Below, one piece after another: positions 9,018 to 17,571 of a stretch of DNA of 64,000 bases; position 1 is the stretch's first letter, and every line of letters begins with the position of its first letter. The stretch spans positions 27,874 through 91,873 of the forward strand of contig JAZNSH010000006.1 in assembly GCA_045591115.1 (NCBI GenBank), given 5' to 3'. The notes under the pieces were generated by a model. That model was not told the origin of the DNA and made no database searches. It saw only the letters and a program-made list of their open reading frames with translations. The stretch is from Clostridia bacterium (GTDB taxonomy: Bacteria; Bacillota; Clostridia; Christensenellales; QALW01). Position numbers and translations under genes: made by a program.

Positions 9018-10928
9018 TTACTGTTTATTGTATTTTTCAGCTTGCGCAGAGAACATTTTCTCATATTCGCCTTTTTTCTGCATTAATTGACGGTGATCCC
9101 CCTCTTCAAGCACCTTTCCATCCTTAATAACCACAATTCTGTCAGCATCAACCGCACTGGAAAGTCTGTGTGAAACAAAAAGTGTTGTTTTGCCTTCACG
9201 AAGCTTATCAAACTGCTTGAAGATCTCCTGCTCGGCAAGGGCATCGAGAGCGGCAGTAGGCTCATCAAGAATGAGAATATCCGCATCTGAATAGAAGGCT
9301 CTTGCAACGGCAATCTTCTGCCACTGGCCAACCGAAAGCTCTGTTCCCTCTTCCTCAAAAATACGCATTAAAGGAGTATCAAATTTTTGAGGCAAGCTAT
9401 CAATATAATCAAAGGCATTGCTCTGTTTCGCCGCATCAATGATATCATCCTCGGCAGCCTCTCTTTTTAGATTACCAAAGGTTATGTTTTCTTTTACAGT
9501 TACTGCGTATCTGCCAAAATCCTGGAATACCACGCCAAAGAGCTCATACAGTGCTTTAACATTGTATTCACGCATATCCTTGCCATCAAGAAGAATAACG
9601 CCATCGGTAGGATCATAAAGTCGGGTAAGTAATTTTATTATGGTTGTTTTACCTGCACCGTTAAGTCCAACAAGAGCAACCGTTTCCCCGGGCTTTAACG
9701 TAAAGTTAAAGTTTTCAAGCACTAATTTTTCCGTTCCGGGATATTTAAAGCTTACGTTTTTAAACTCTATTGTGTGTGTTATACCTTTTTGCGGATCTAT
9801 CGCATTTTCATCAGGCACAATACTGCTTTCGTGCTTCATAAAGGAAATAAGATTATCGATAAACAGTGTTCCCTCATAAACAGTCGCCGTGCCTGAAATA
9901 AAGCTTGTAATGCCCGCACCTATTGAGCTTATTGCACCTGTATAAAATGAATAATCGCCTATAAGGATCTCTTTATCCATAACGAGAGTAGCGATAAAAT
10001 AAAGGAGCAGACAATTAGAAACTATTCTCAGAAGACCAAAGGCTATATTCCACATTCCCTCTTCAAAAATAAGCTTTTTAAGACCTTTAAAATAATCCTT
10101 AAAGGTTGCATCATAGCGTTCTTCAAAGTCCTCTGCAATCCCCAATAAGCGCATTTCCTTGACCATATCCTTATTTACTACTGCTGAGGAGTAATAGTTC
10201 ATCTGTCTTCTTGCTTTTGAGCGACGGTACATATATTTAACGGTTTTTCTGCGATAAACGTAACTTACTATTGCATAAGGCAAAGCCAGAACGCCTACGA
10301 TCAGCGGTGCAATAATGCTTATCTGCAACAACACAACTATGTAGATTGCAATGCTGATAATCGTGCTTACGATATTGAGCGCAGAATTAAGAATCTGCAC
10401 GGGGCGCATACCTGCTTCACGGTTGGCATTTTCAAGCTTTTCGTAAAAATCGGGAAGGTCAAAGCAAGCCACATCAACTTCCTTGGCCTTACGCATTATT
10501 TTACGCCTGATATGATTTGTTACAAGCTCGCCCGATAGCCTCATAACTATTTGGTTGACTTCCGTTGTAATTCTGTTTAAAAACTGATGTACAAACTGCA
10601 AAACGAAAAGCACTCCGATTGATAAGGCTACATCTGCTACTCGATCGGGAAGCAATGCGTTAATTATCTCCGCTGTAATATATGTGCCTGCAACCGGTAA
10701 TAGACCATTTAACAGAGCAACAAAAATCATTATAATAAGTATCCACGGATTTGTTTCCCACACAAGACCGAAAATATAAAATAATCTTGCAAAGAAAGAA
10801 ACCGTTATATTTTTTAAATAACGGGGAACTTCCTTTATGTTTTTTGGCTTTGGCTCTCTGTTTTTATCTTCAGCGTGATTAGGTGGCGGCCCCATATGTC
10901 CGCCCGGGCCCGGACCAATTCCTGCCAT
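9018..10928 (-). CDS. ABC exporter, fused permease/ATPase
   Basis: TMD then GLNGAGKT, LSVGQWQKIA, ILDEPT, SHR. Confidence 0.92.
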   Translation of the reverse strand: MAGIGPGPGGHMGPPPNHAEDKNREPKPKNIKEVPRYLKNITVSFFARLFYIFGLVWETNPWILIIMIFVALLNGLLPVAGTYITAEIINALLPDRVADVALSIGVLFVLQFVHQFLNRITTEVNQIVMRLSGELVTNHIRRKIMRKAKEVDVACFDLPDFYEKLENANREAGMRPVQILNSALNIVSTIISIAIYIVVLLQISIIAPLIVGVLALPYAIVSYVYRRKTVKYMYRRSKARRQMNYYSSAVVNKDMVKEMRLLGIAEDFEERYDATFKDYFKGLKKLIFEEGMWNIAFGLLRIVSNCLLLYFIATLVMDKEILIGDYSFYTGAISSIGAGITSFISGTATVYEGTLFIDNLISFMKHESSIVPDENAIDPQKGITHTIEFKNVSFKYPGTEKLVLENFNFTLKPGETVALVGLNGAGKTTIIKLLTRLYDPTDGVILLDGKDMREYNVKALYELFGVVFQDFGRYAVTVKENITFGNLKREAAEDDIIDAAKQSNAFDYIDSLPQKFDTPLMRIFEEEGTELSVGQWQKIAVARAFYSDADILILDEPTAALDALAEQEIFKQFDKLREGKTTLFVSHRLSSAVDADRIVVIKDGKVLEEGDHRQLMQKKGEYEKMFSAQAEKYNKQ

Positions 10929-10943
10929 TAAAGCTTTCTCCTA

Positions 10944-11489
10944 TCAATTATATTTTGCTCTTTCTCCGCCTATGTACTTAGGTCTTGTTTTGGCGCACAA
11001 AAGAATTGCCTCACCCAATTTTTTCATTGATAATTTTATGGGAACGGCAACAGCCTTTAAATGCATACCTATAAGCGTTCCGCCAATATCAAGACCTGCC
11101 TTAGCTTTGATATTTTCAACTGCAACAGGTTCGATAAAAGCACCATAAGCACAGGTTGCAAATGATCCGCCCGCCTTTGGCTGAGGAACAACTGCAACTA
11201 TCTCATAACCGAATTTTTCTGCTGCTTCTCTTTCAATTATAAGTGCTCTGTTAAGATGCTCACAACACTGTGCTGCAAGAAAAATTCCTTTTTCTTTAAG
11301 GTAAGGATAGATGCCGTTAAAAACAAATTGCGCGGCTTCAAGGCTTGAATTTTTGCCAATATTTCCGCCTACGATCTCACTTGATGAGCAACCGATAACC
11401 ATTAAATCACCTTTTTTAAGATCTGCCGCTTCAACAAATTCTTTTATCAATATTTCTGCTTGTTTTGTTAAATTTTCCATAAAAATCAC
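10944..11489 (-). CDS. TIGR01440/UPF0340 (YwlG-like) protein
   Basis: GCSSSEI, AQCCEHLNRAL, PKAGGS, RPKYIGGERA. Confidence 0.92.
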   Translation of the reverse strand: MIFMENLTKQAEILIKEFVEAADLKKGDLMVIGCSSSEIVGGNIGKNSSLEAAQFVFNGIYPYLKEKGIFLAAQCCEHLNRALIIEREAAEKFGYEIVAVVPQPKAGGSFATCAYGAFIEPVAVENIKAKAGLDIGGTLIGMHLKAVAVPIKLSMKKLGEAILLCAKTRPKYIGGERAKYN

Positions 11490-12088
11490 CTATTTATTTT
11501 TTCAAGATATTCCTTGAATTTTTCTACATTACCATCAAAAAGATATCCCGTGATGCCTACATTTTCAGCACCCTGAATATTATCCTGCCTATCATCCACG
11601 AACAAGGTTTCCGAAGCCTTAAAGCCATACTTTTCAAGCGTATAATTAAAAATATCCGAATTGGGCTTTGCCATTCCGCAAGCAGAAGAAAATACCATTT
11701 TATCAAAGTGCTTTAATATGGGGATTTCCTTGTGATGGGCAACAAAAAGTTTTGAAATATTTGAAATAATACAAATATTTTTTCCGCTTTCCTTAAGCTC
11801 CGAAACAATTTCGGACATACCTTCAATTTCAGGGATATTGTAGATCCAGTTATAGTACACTTTTTCTGTGCTTTGCCATAATCTTTCGGGCAAACGCTTT
11901 TTTGCGGCCTCAATGACCTCTTCATCACTTATCGTGCCTGCATCAAGCTTATCCCAATATAAGCGGTCAAAAATAACTTCTTCTACTATTTTTATGTCGT
12001 TTTCATCGCTTATATAGGCTTTTGTCATATACTCGGGAATAAACTTGACAAGAACCTGACCAAAATCAAATATAACGTTTTTTATCAT
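11486..12088 (-). CDS. HAD-family phosphatase
   Basis: Start re-assigned to MIKNVIFDFGQVL (ATGA overlap); ISN, KP, FVDDR motifs. Confidence 0.88.
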   Translation of the reverse strand: MIKNVIFDFGQVLVKFIPEYMTKAYISDENDIKIVEEVIFDRLYWDKLDAGTISDEEVIEAAKKRLPERLWQSTEKVYYNWIYNIPEIEGMSEIVSELKESGKNICIISNISKLFVAHHKEIPILKHFDKMVFSSACGMAKPNSDIFNYTLEKYGFKASETLFVDDRQDNIQGAENVGITGYLFDGNVEKFKEYLEKINR

Positions 12089-13116
12089 AATTGAAGCCTC
12101 ATATGTCCCGGCTTTATCCAGCCTAATTTTCTCATAGATTCTGAAATTGCAAGTGATAACAACAAAGGAAGAACAAAGCACATAATTATTATTTTCGCAA
12201 GCACAAACCAATCAAATCCGTTTGCCATCATTTGTTCCCACACACCTACAGGACCTATAACACCGCAAGTACCCATACCTGCATATACTCCTGCACCGTT
12301 TTCAATTACCAATAAGGTCGTGGCAATGGGACCTAAAATCGCAGAGGCAATAGTAGGTGGTAATAATATAAGTGGGTGTCTCATTACATTAGGCACCTGA
12401 AGCATTGATGTGCCAAGTCCCTGAGCGAGGAAGCCCGAAAAACCGTTTTCACGCCAGGACGAAATCGCAAAGCCCAGCATTTGACAACAACAGCCAACCG
12501 TAGCGGCACCTGCAGCAAGAGCAACACCCTCGTTACTTATAGAGCGTTCTGTAAATACAACTGCGGCTATTGCGGCACTTGAAATAGGTGCAGTTAAAGC
12601 TAATCCCATAACAACTGCAACAATAACTCCCATCAGCACCGGCTGAAGCGTTGTTGCATTACCTATCTGGATAGCAATCCAACCGCAGAATTTATCAATA
12701 TAAGGTCCTGTAAGAACGCCAATCGCGCCGCCTGAAAGAATACTTACGCTTGGCACAAGAAGAATATCAAAGCGTGTTTTGCCTGCAACGAGATTTGCCA
12801 ACTCGCTTCCTATAACTGAAGCAATATATGCGCCTAAAGGCCCTCCGCCCTCTTTATATGCAACTGCACCGCAAACTGCCGCAGAAATCATAACAAGCGG
12901 TTTTACCTTCAAGCCGTTTGCAACCGCAACGCCAATGGCCGCACCTACAACCATTCCATCCTTTGCATAGTTTGAAAGAGTTAAAAGAAACTCCCAATTT
13001 GTCCACTTTGCGATCTGCCCTATTATTGAGCCGATGAGCAACGTAGCAAATACGCCCATTGCCATAGCACTGAAGGCATCAAGAAACCATCTTTTCAATA
13101 AACCGTTTTTAGCCAT
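12085..13116 (-). CDS. PTS EIIC_2 family (PfoR/regulatory-type) membrane protein
   Basis: MAMGVFATLLIG, PISSAAI, QGLGTSMLQVPN, GMGTCG. Confidence 0.85.
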   Translation of the reverse strand: MAKNGLLKRWFLDAFSAMAMGVFATLLIGSIIGQIAKWTNWEFLLTLSNYAKDGMVVGAAIGVAVANGLKVKPLVMISAAVCGAVAYKEGGGPLGAYIASVIGSELANLVAGKTRFDILLVPSVSILSGGAIGVLTGPYIDKFCGWIAIQIGNATTLQPVLMGVIVAVVMGLALTAPISSAAIAAVVFTERSISNEGVALAAGAATVGCCCQMLGFAISSWRENGFSGFLAQGLGTSMLQVPNVMRHPLILLPPTIASAILGPIATTLLVIENGAGVYAGMGTCGVIGPVGVWEQMMANGFDWFVLAKIIIMCFVLPLLLSLAISESMRKLGWIKPGHMRLQL

Positions 13117-13131
13117 TTTTTATCTCACTAT

Positions 13132-15225
13132 TTATTCATACTTTAATTGATTAAAAATATAATTAACGCAGGCGAATTTCATATCACCTTCATCAGCGCT
13201 TACTAAAACTGCGGCTTTTTTTCCGCCTTCAATAACTAAGCCTGCATACCATCCTACGATACCCGTTTCTGTAGTACCGGTCTGTGCAGTACCCGTTTTG
13301 GCAGCAATGCGCATTGTATCGGTAAGTCCCTTTACACCGCTTTTACCGGTGCCCTCCGTTGCGGTCTTTTCAAGAATTGAGCGGACCTTAGTAACGGAGC
13401 TTTTTTCAAATGGAGTTTTGAATACCTTTGCTTCATAGGTTTTAACTGCTTCAAGCTCACCCATTTCATTGGTGGTGCATATCTCAGATACTATATAAGG
13501 ACACATAATCGTGCCGTTATTGCCAAACATCGAGAAAGTGCAACAAAGCTGAAGAGGCGTAAACAACACCTGAGCCTGACCAAATCCCGTATCAGCCAGC
13601 AATTTTTGGTTATCGAGAGTTGAAAACTCCGTTGCAAGCTGAGATTTTCTCACATTGAGATCAAAGGGCAACGTTTCTCCTAAGCCTAATTTTTCAGCAT
13701 AGCTTATCATTTTATCCTTGCCGACCTTCATTGAAAGCCAACCAAAATAGATGTTATCAGACCATATGAGACCTCTGTTCATATCAAGTCTGCCTTTATT
13801 TGAAACGTTACGGAAGGCTTCTCTTACGACGTAATGGGACCAGTTGCTTCCCTTTGGACGCCAACGATCCTTTTCATAGGAATAATACTCAATATCGTCT
13901 TCATAAGGAAATACTGTGTTAGTATTAACACTACCTGAATCAATACCTATGGTAGCCATAATTGACTTGAAAATAGAGCCGGGCGGATAGGTGCCTTGTA
14001 TGTTTCGGTTAAGAAGAGGCGTGTATTTATTCTCAAAGAGATCTCCGTAATTTGTGGCTTTATCATAAGCATATATATTAGCATCGTATGACGGATAGCT
14101 TACCATAGAAACCACTGCACCGGTAGTTGGTTCAACAATAGTTGCCGTGCCTGAGGTAATTCCCTTAAAGTTTTCATTCATATAATCGGTGATATTCTTC
14201 TGAAGCATAATATCGACGGTAAGCTTAAGATTAAAGCCATCCTGAGCAGGCTCTTCATAAAGAACTGTTTTACGCTTACTGTCATCTGAAAGAAGATATA
14301 TCTGCAGCCCCTGCTTTGGCTGAAGATATTCATCATATGCCGCCTCAAGACCGCTTCTGCCTACACGTGTTCCCTCAGGAAAATCTTTATAAAATTCATT
14401 TTCCCTATCCTCTGAGGTAATGGGCGTTGAATAGCCTAATGTCTGTGCAAGAGCATCACCATAGGGATAATATCTGATAGGTGTAATGGAATCACGGTTG
14501 ATCTTCACATTTTCAATTTCCGTGAGCCTATTTTCCTGTTCAATGGAAAGTTCTCCTTTGAACATCGTTGCAAAAATGCCCGTTTCACCACTTGACTTCT
14601 TAAAACTTTCAAGAACCTTTGCACTGTCAAGATTAAGAATTTCAGCTACTTTTAATGCAGTTTCAGCCTCTTTACCTTCCAATTTTGATTTTTCTCCGTA
14701 TACGGTTATGGCATAATCGTTTTGAACCACCACCCGCCCTTGGCTATCAAATATTTCACCGCGTTTGCCATTAAGGGTTGAAGCATATATTCTGTCATAG
14801 CGCTCCATCTGGGGAACTACGTTGGACGGCGACCAGGCAACAAGATAAAACTTTGTTTTTTTGTAAACTTCAAAGTGCATATCATACTTAAATTCGCCAT
14901 ATTCTGATGATTTAAAGGTAGCGGTATAGTTATATGATTTTGAATCACCGTTATCTACAGTTTCACCCATTTCAACAGAAACAGTTTGAATTTTCAAAAC
15001 ATCATAAACCTTTTTGTGATATTCAACAAATTCATCATAGCTATAGGTACTTTGAGAACCGGGCGTAAGAAGCTCATACATCGTTTTGTAATCAAATTCT
15101 CTGAAAGCGTTGAGGTATGCATTTGCAACGCCGTCATAGGATTGACCCGCGCAGGAGGTGCAAAGCCCCGATAACGTTATAACACCAAAGGCAATAAGCA
15201 CTAATTTCAAAAAAAGCCTTTTCAT
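13132..15225 (-). CDS. Class B penicillin-binding protein with MecA-type N-terminal domain (lipoprotein)
   Basis: Lipobox-like Cys; RGEIFD, GRSGLE, PGSIFK (SxxK), SDNIYF (SxN), KTG. Confidence 0.9.
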   Translation of the reverse strand: MKRLFLKLVLIAFGVITLSGLCTSCAGQSYDGVANAYLNAFREFDYKTMYELLTPGSQSTYSYDEFVEYHKKVYDVLKIQTVSVEMGETVDNGDSKSYNYTATFKSSEYGEFKYDMHFEVYKKTKFYLVAWSPSNVVPQMERYDRIYASTLNGKRGEIFDSQGRVVVQNDYAITVYGEKSKLEGKEAETALKVAEILNLDSAKVLESFKKSSGETGIFATMFKGELSIEQENRLTEIENVKINRDSITPIRYYPYGDALAQTLGYSTPITSEDRENEFYKDFPEGTRVGRSGLEAAYDEYLQPKQGLQIYLLSDDSKRKTVLYEEPAQDGFNLKLTVDIMLQKNITDYMNENFKGITSGTATIVEPTTGAVVSMVSYPSYDANIYAYDKATNYGDLFENKYTPLLNRNIQGTYPPGSIFKSIMATIGIDSGSVNTNTVFPYEDDIEYYSYEKDRWRPKGSNWSHYVVREAFRNVSNKGRLDMNRGLIWSDNIYFGWLSMKVGKDKMISYAEKLGLGETLPFDLNVRKSQLATEFSTLDNQKLLADTGFGQAQVLFTPLQLCCTFSMFGNNGTIMCPYIVSEICTTNEMGELEAVKTYEAKVFKTPFEKSSVTKVRSILEKTATEGTGKSGVKGLTDTMRIAAKTGTAQTGTTETGIVGWYAGLVIEGGKKAAVLVSADEGDMKFACVNYIFNQLKYE

Positions 15226-15872
15226 TTTTCGCTACCACCGTTTAATAAATTCATTACATCATTAACTGAATACGTTCCCCTGATATCAGTGAAATCCCCA
15301 TCGGAGTTTTCCTTTATTGCACCGTATTTTCCATTGAGCACGATACCATCGCTGTTGAGAAATAACAAATAAGTTGCATCCTCATCATACTGCGCTGCAT
15401 CATCATATGTAACATTATATTTCTTTTTTCTTCCGCTGAGATTCAAAAGAGCATTTCCTCCTAATTCGTGCACCACAAACGGAGATTCCTGGGCTCCCTT
15501 TAAAACCTGCTTTACTTCCAGCTTTACTTCTTTTGCTATTATGGATTCGCCGTTACTGTTTGTTCGTGATTCAGCATTGGTATCTTTATCAGTAACCTCT
15601 GCAATAACTATCAAATCAGCGCGATCAACCAAATCCTCAATTCCTACACGACCGTATCTTGTCTCCACGTGCATTTTTTCACCAGGTATGGGTAAATACA
15701 TTGACAGCTGAGGATAGAAAAGATATCCTATCAAAAATACCATTAAAAATATAAGAATGGAAAACACCGAGCCGGGTCTGTTATCCACCCTGCGGATAGT
15801 GCTTTCCTCAGTTTCTTCCAAATTATCAATATCATCCTTAGTTATGATTTTTTCTTCTACTTTTTCTTTCAA
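15222..15872 (-). CDS. Hypothetical single-TM protein
   Basis: TTG start, one TM, extracellular domain with EDLVDRADLIVIAEV; ATGA-coupled to the PBP. Confidence 0.7.
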   Translation of the reverse strand: MKEKVEEKIITKDDIDNLEETEESTIRRVDNRPGSVFSILIFLMVFLIGYLFYPQLSMYLPIPGEKMHVETRYGRVGIEDLVDRADLIVIAEVTDKDTNAESRTNSNGESIIAKEVKLEVKQVLKGAQESPFVVHELGGNALLNLSGRKKKYNVTYDDAAQYDEDATYLLFLNSDGIVLNGKYGAIKENSDGDFTDIRGTYSVNDVMNLLNGGSEK

Positions 15873-15937
15873 AAGAACACTTCCCCAATATTTATATTTA
15901 TATAATTATATCACTATTATCCCCCATATGTCAAAAG

Positions 15938-15963
15938 AAAAAAAGGCTGAAAATCAGCCTTTT
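15938..15963. terminator. Intrinsic terminator
   Basis: AAAAAGGCTGA-AAA-TCAGCCTTTT. Confidence 0.8.
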
Positions 15964-16498
15964 AGATTTTTGCCTGTTTTTTTAACATTAATAAGCTTTT
16001 CCTGAGAGGTATGATCAATAATCCGCCTGCAAGATTTCCTACGGCATGGAGTATATCAAAGGTTAGTCCAGCCGCAATCCAAGCAAGCATACCATCAAAA
16101 TCAATTCCCATTATAATTGCATGTGCAGGAGCATACAATATTCCGAAGAAAAGTCCGTGGAGCATAGAAACAAAGGGATAAACTATCCATTGAAGCCATA
16201 ATGGCGTTTTTTTGGGCAATAGCATCACTATCCCCCAAAGCACCGTCCAGATATAAAGATACGGCAATGACCACATTCCAAATCCATTTGTAAGTAACGT
16301 TATAAGCACATAAACGTATATAGGGATCAGCGCTTTTTTTCTGAAAACCAGCGTGTAAACAACGGTAAGTACGCCTACAAAATGGATATTGGGAAGTGCT
16401 TCCATTAAAATATCCCCAAGATACATAAGCGTGCCCAAGAGAGCAAATACCGTTATTTCTTTTACTGATATTTTAGCCCTTGGTGTAGACAAGTTCAT
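15962..16498 (-). CDS. ECF transporter S component, probably cobalamin-specific (CbrT-like); start uncertain
   Basis: About 6 TMs, EALPNIH, WIAAGLTFDILHAVGN; downstream of a B12 riboswitch. Confidence 0.75.
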   Translation of the reverse strand: MNLSTPRAKISVKEITVFALLGTLMYLGDILMEALPNIHFVGVLTVVYTLVFRKKALIPIYVYVLITLLTNGFGMWSLPYLYIWTVLWGIVMLLPKKTPLWLQWIVYPFVSMLHGLFFGILYAPAHAIIMGIDFDGMLAWIAAGLTFDILHAVGNLAGGLLIIPLRKSLLMLKKQAKI

Positions 16499-16958
16499 AC
16501 TGTTCGCCATCTGTAAAGCTTGTGCTATCAACACCTGACATCATATATTCACCGTTTTTATTAAAGGACCAATATGCTTTATCTGTATCATAATCAGCCT
16601 TAATGCCGTTTACAACCTTTACATAAAGACCGTATTCACTTTCATCCCCTGCAATAAGTGAATGTTCTAAAAGTGCAGCACCGACAGTTTCTTTATCTGT
16701 TTTAATTGTAAAGATAACGCTTTGGTCATTGGCTTCTACTTTTACTTTAAGCGTTTTTGCACCTTCTCCAAAGGAAGTATCCTTTACATAAGTAGCGGTT
16801 GCCCAAAGTCCTTCTTTTTTAATACCGTCATCAACATCCTGAACGTTGGTATTATTAGTCTGCGGTTTTTCCTCTTCAGGCGTATTATTGCAAGCAACAA
16901 GTGCGAGCAACATAATTACAACAAGCAACAGGGTAACAATTTTTCTGAGATTTTTCAT
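16473..16958 (-). CDS. DUF4430 (transcobalamin-like domain) lipoprotein
   Basis: LVAC lipobox; YGLYVKVVNG, YWSFNKNGEY..GVD; GGAGG RBS before MKNLRK. Confidence 0.85.
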   Translation of the reverse strand: MKNLRKIVTLLLVVIMLLALVACNNTPEEEKPQTNNTNVQDVDDGIKKEGLWATATYVKDTSFGEGAKTLKVKVEANDQSVIFTIKTDKETVGAALLEHSLIAGDESEYGLYVKVVNGIKADYDTDKAYWSFNKNGEYMMSGVDSTSFTDGEQYELVYTKG

Positions 16959-17000
16959 AATAAAATTCCTCCAATTCATATTTCACGAAAAGAAGAAAGC

Positions 17001-17028
17001 AAAAAGCGCACCTTCACCGAAGGCGCGC
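17001..17028 (-). terminator. Riboswitch expression-platform terminator
   Basis: GCGCGCCTTC-GGT-GAAGGTGCGC-TTTTT in the leader. Confidence 0.75.
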
Positions 17029-17098
17029 GAAACTAAGGCATCCTGCAATACCTTTTCGCTTTAACCTTCATTTGCCCAAGGTTGTTTTTTGCGAAAAT

Positions 17099-17220
17099 CA
17101 CAAGCCGATAAGCATTCCGACTTTAACGGTAATGGCTGTTGCCGCGGAGTTCCACCGCTGTTCCCTTAACATCTTGCAGATAAAAAAATCTGTTCAATAG
17201 CAAAAAAGCTGACTTGCGTT
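17099..17220 (-). ncRNA. Cobalamin riboswitch (compact form)
   Basis: AAGGGAACAGCGGTGGAACTCCGCGGCAACAGCCATTACCGTTAAAGTCGGAATGC core; P1 CAAGTC/GGCTTG; upstream of DUF4430 and ECF genes. Confidence 0.85.
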
Positions 17221-17240
17221 TATTCTTTTTGTGTAAATAA

Positions 17241-17269
17241 ATTCTATTACAAAGAAAAAAATATGTCAA
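17241..17269 (-). promoter_or_regulatory. sigma-A promoter for the B12 uptake genes
   Basis: TTGACA-17-TAGAAT. Confidence 0.7.
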
Positions 17270-17289
17270 TGAAATTTTTAGAAAACTGC

Positions 17290-17318
17290 TTTACAAAATG
17301 ATGATTTATATATATAAT
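17290..17318 (+). promoter_or_regulatory. sigma-A promoter for ileS
   Basis: TTTACA-17-TATAAT. Confidence 0.7.
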
Positions 17319-17334
17319 AAGTATGTTAATAAAA

Positions 17335-17556
17335 TAACCCGTTAAAAAGGACACGTTTTTAAGTTTTTGGTTTTCAGAGAGTGTATGGTTGGTGTGAATA
17401 CATATTCCTTTCTTAAAAATATCACCTATCAGGGGCAGAGGCGAATTTTCAGTAGCTTCTGATGTGGATCGCACATTACGCGATAACGTATGATTGTACG
17501 GTATTTGGTGTTTTTTTGCCTTGTGCTATTCCAAATGCGCAAGGCTTTAATTTTTA
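17335..17556 (+). ncRNA. T-box leader with Ile (ATC) specifier; antiterminator degenerate
   Basis: AGAGA (17376), GGTGTGA loop (17391), specifier ATC (17421), terminator GCCTTGTGC/GCGCAAGGC-TTT (17518-17555). Confidence 0.75.
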
Positions 17557-17571
17557 TTTGGAGGTTTTTTA

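Noticed and set aside
12089-12211. 41-aa N-terminal extension of the HAD ORF in the track
   Set aside because: Overlaps the PTS IIC gene; the HAD motif I and ATGA coupling place the start at 12088
17247-17474. 75-aa minus-strand ORF
   Set aside because: Overlaps the ileS promoter and T-box; no RBS or recognisable protein features
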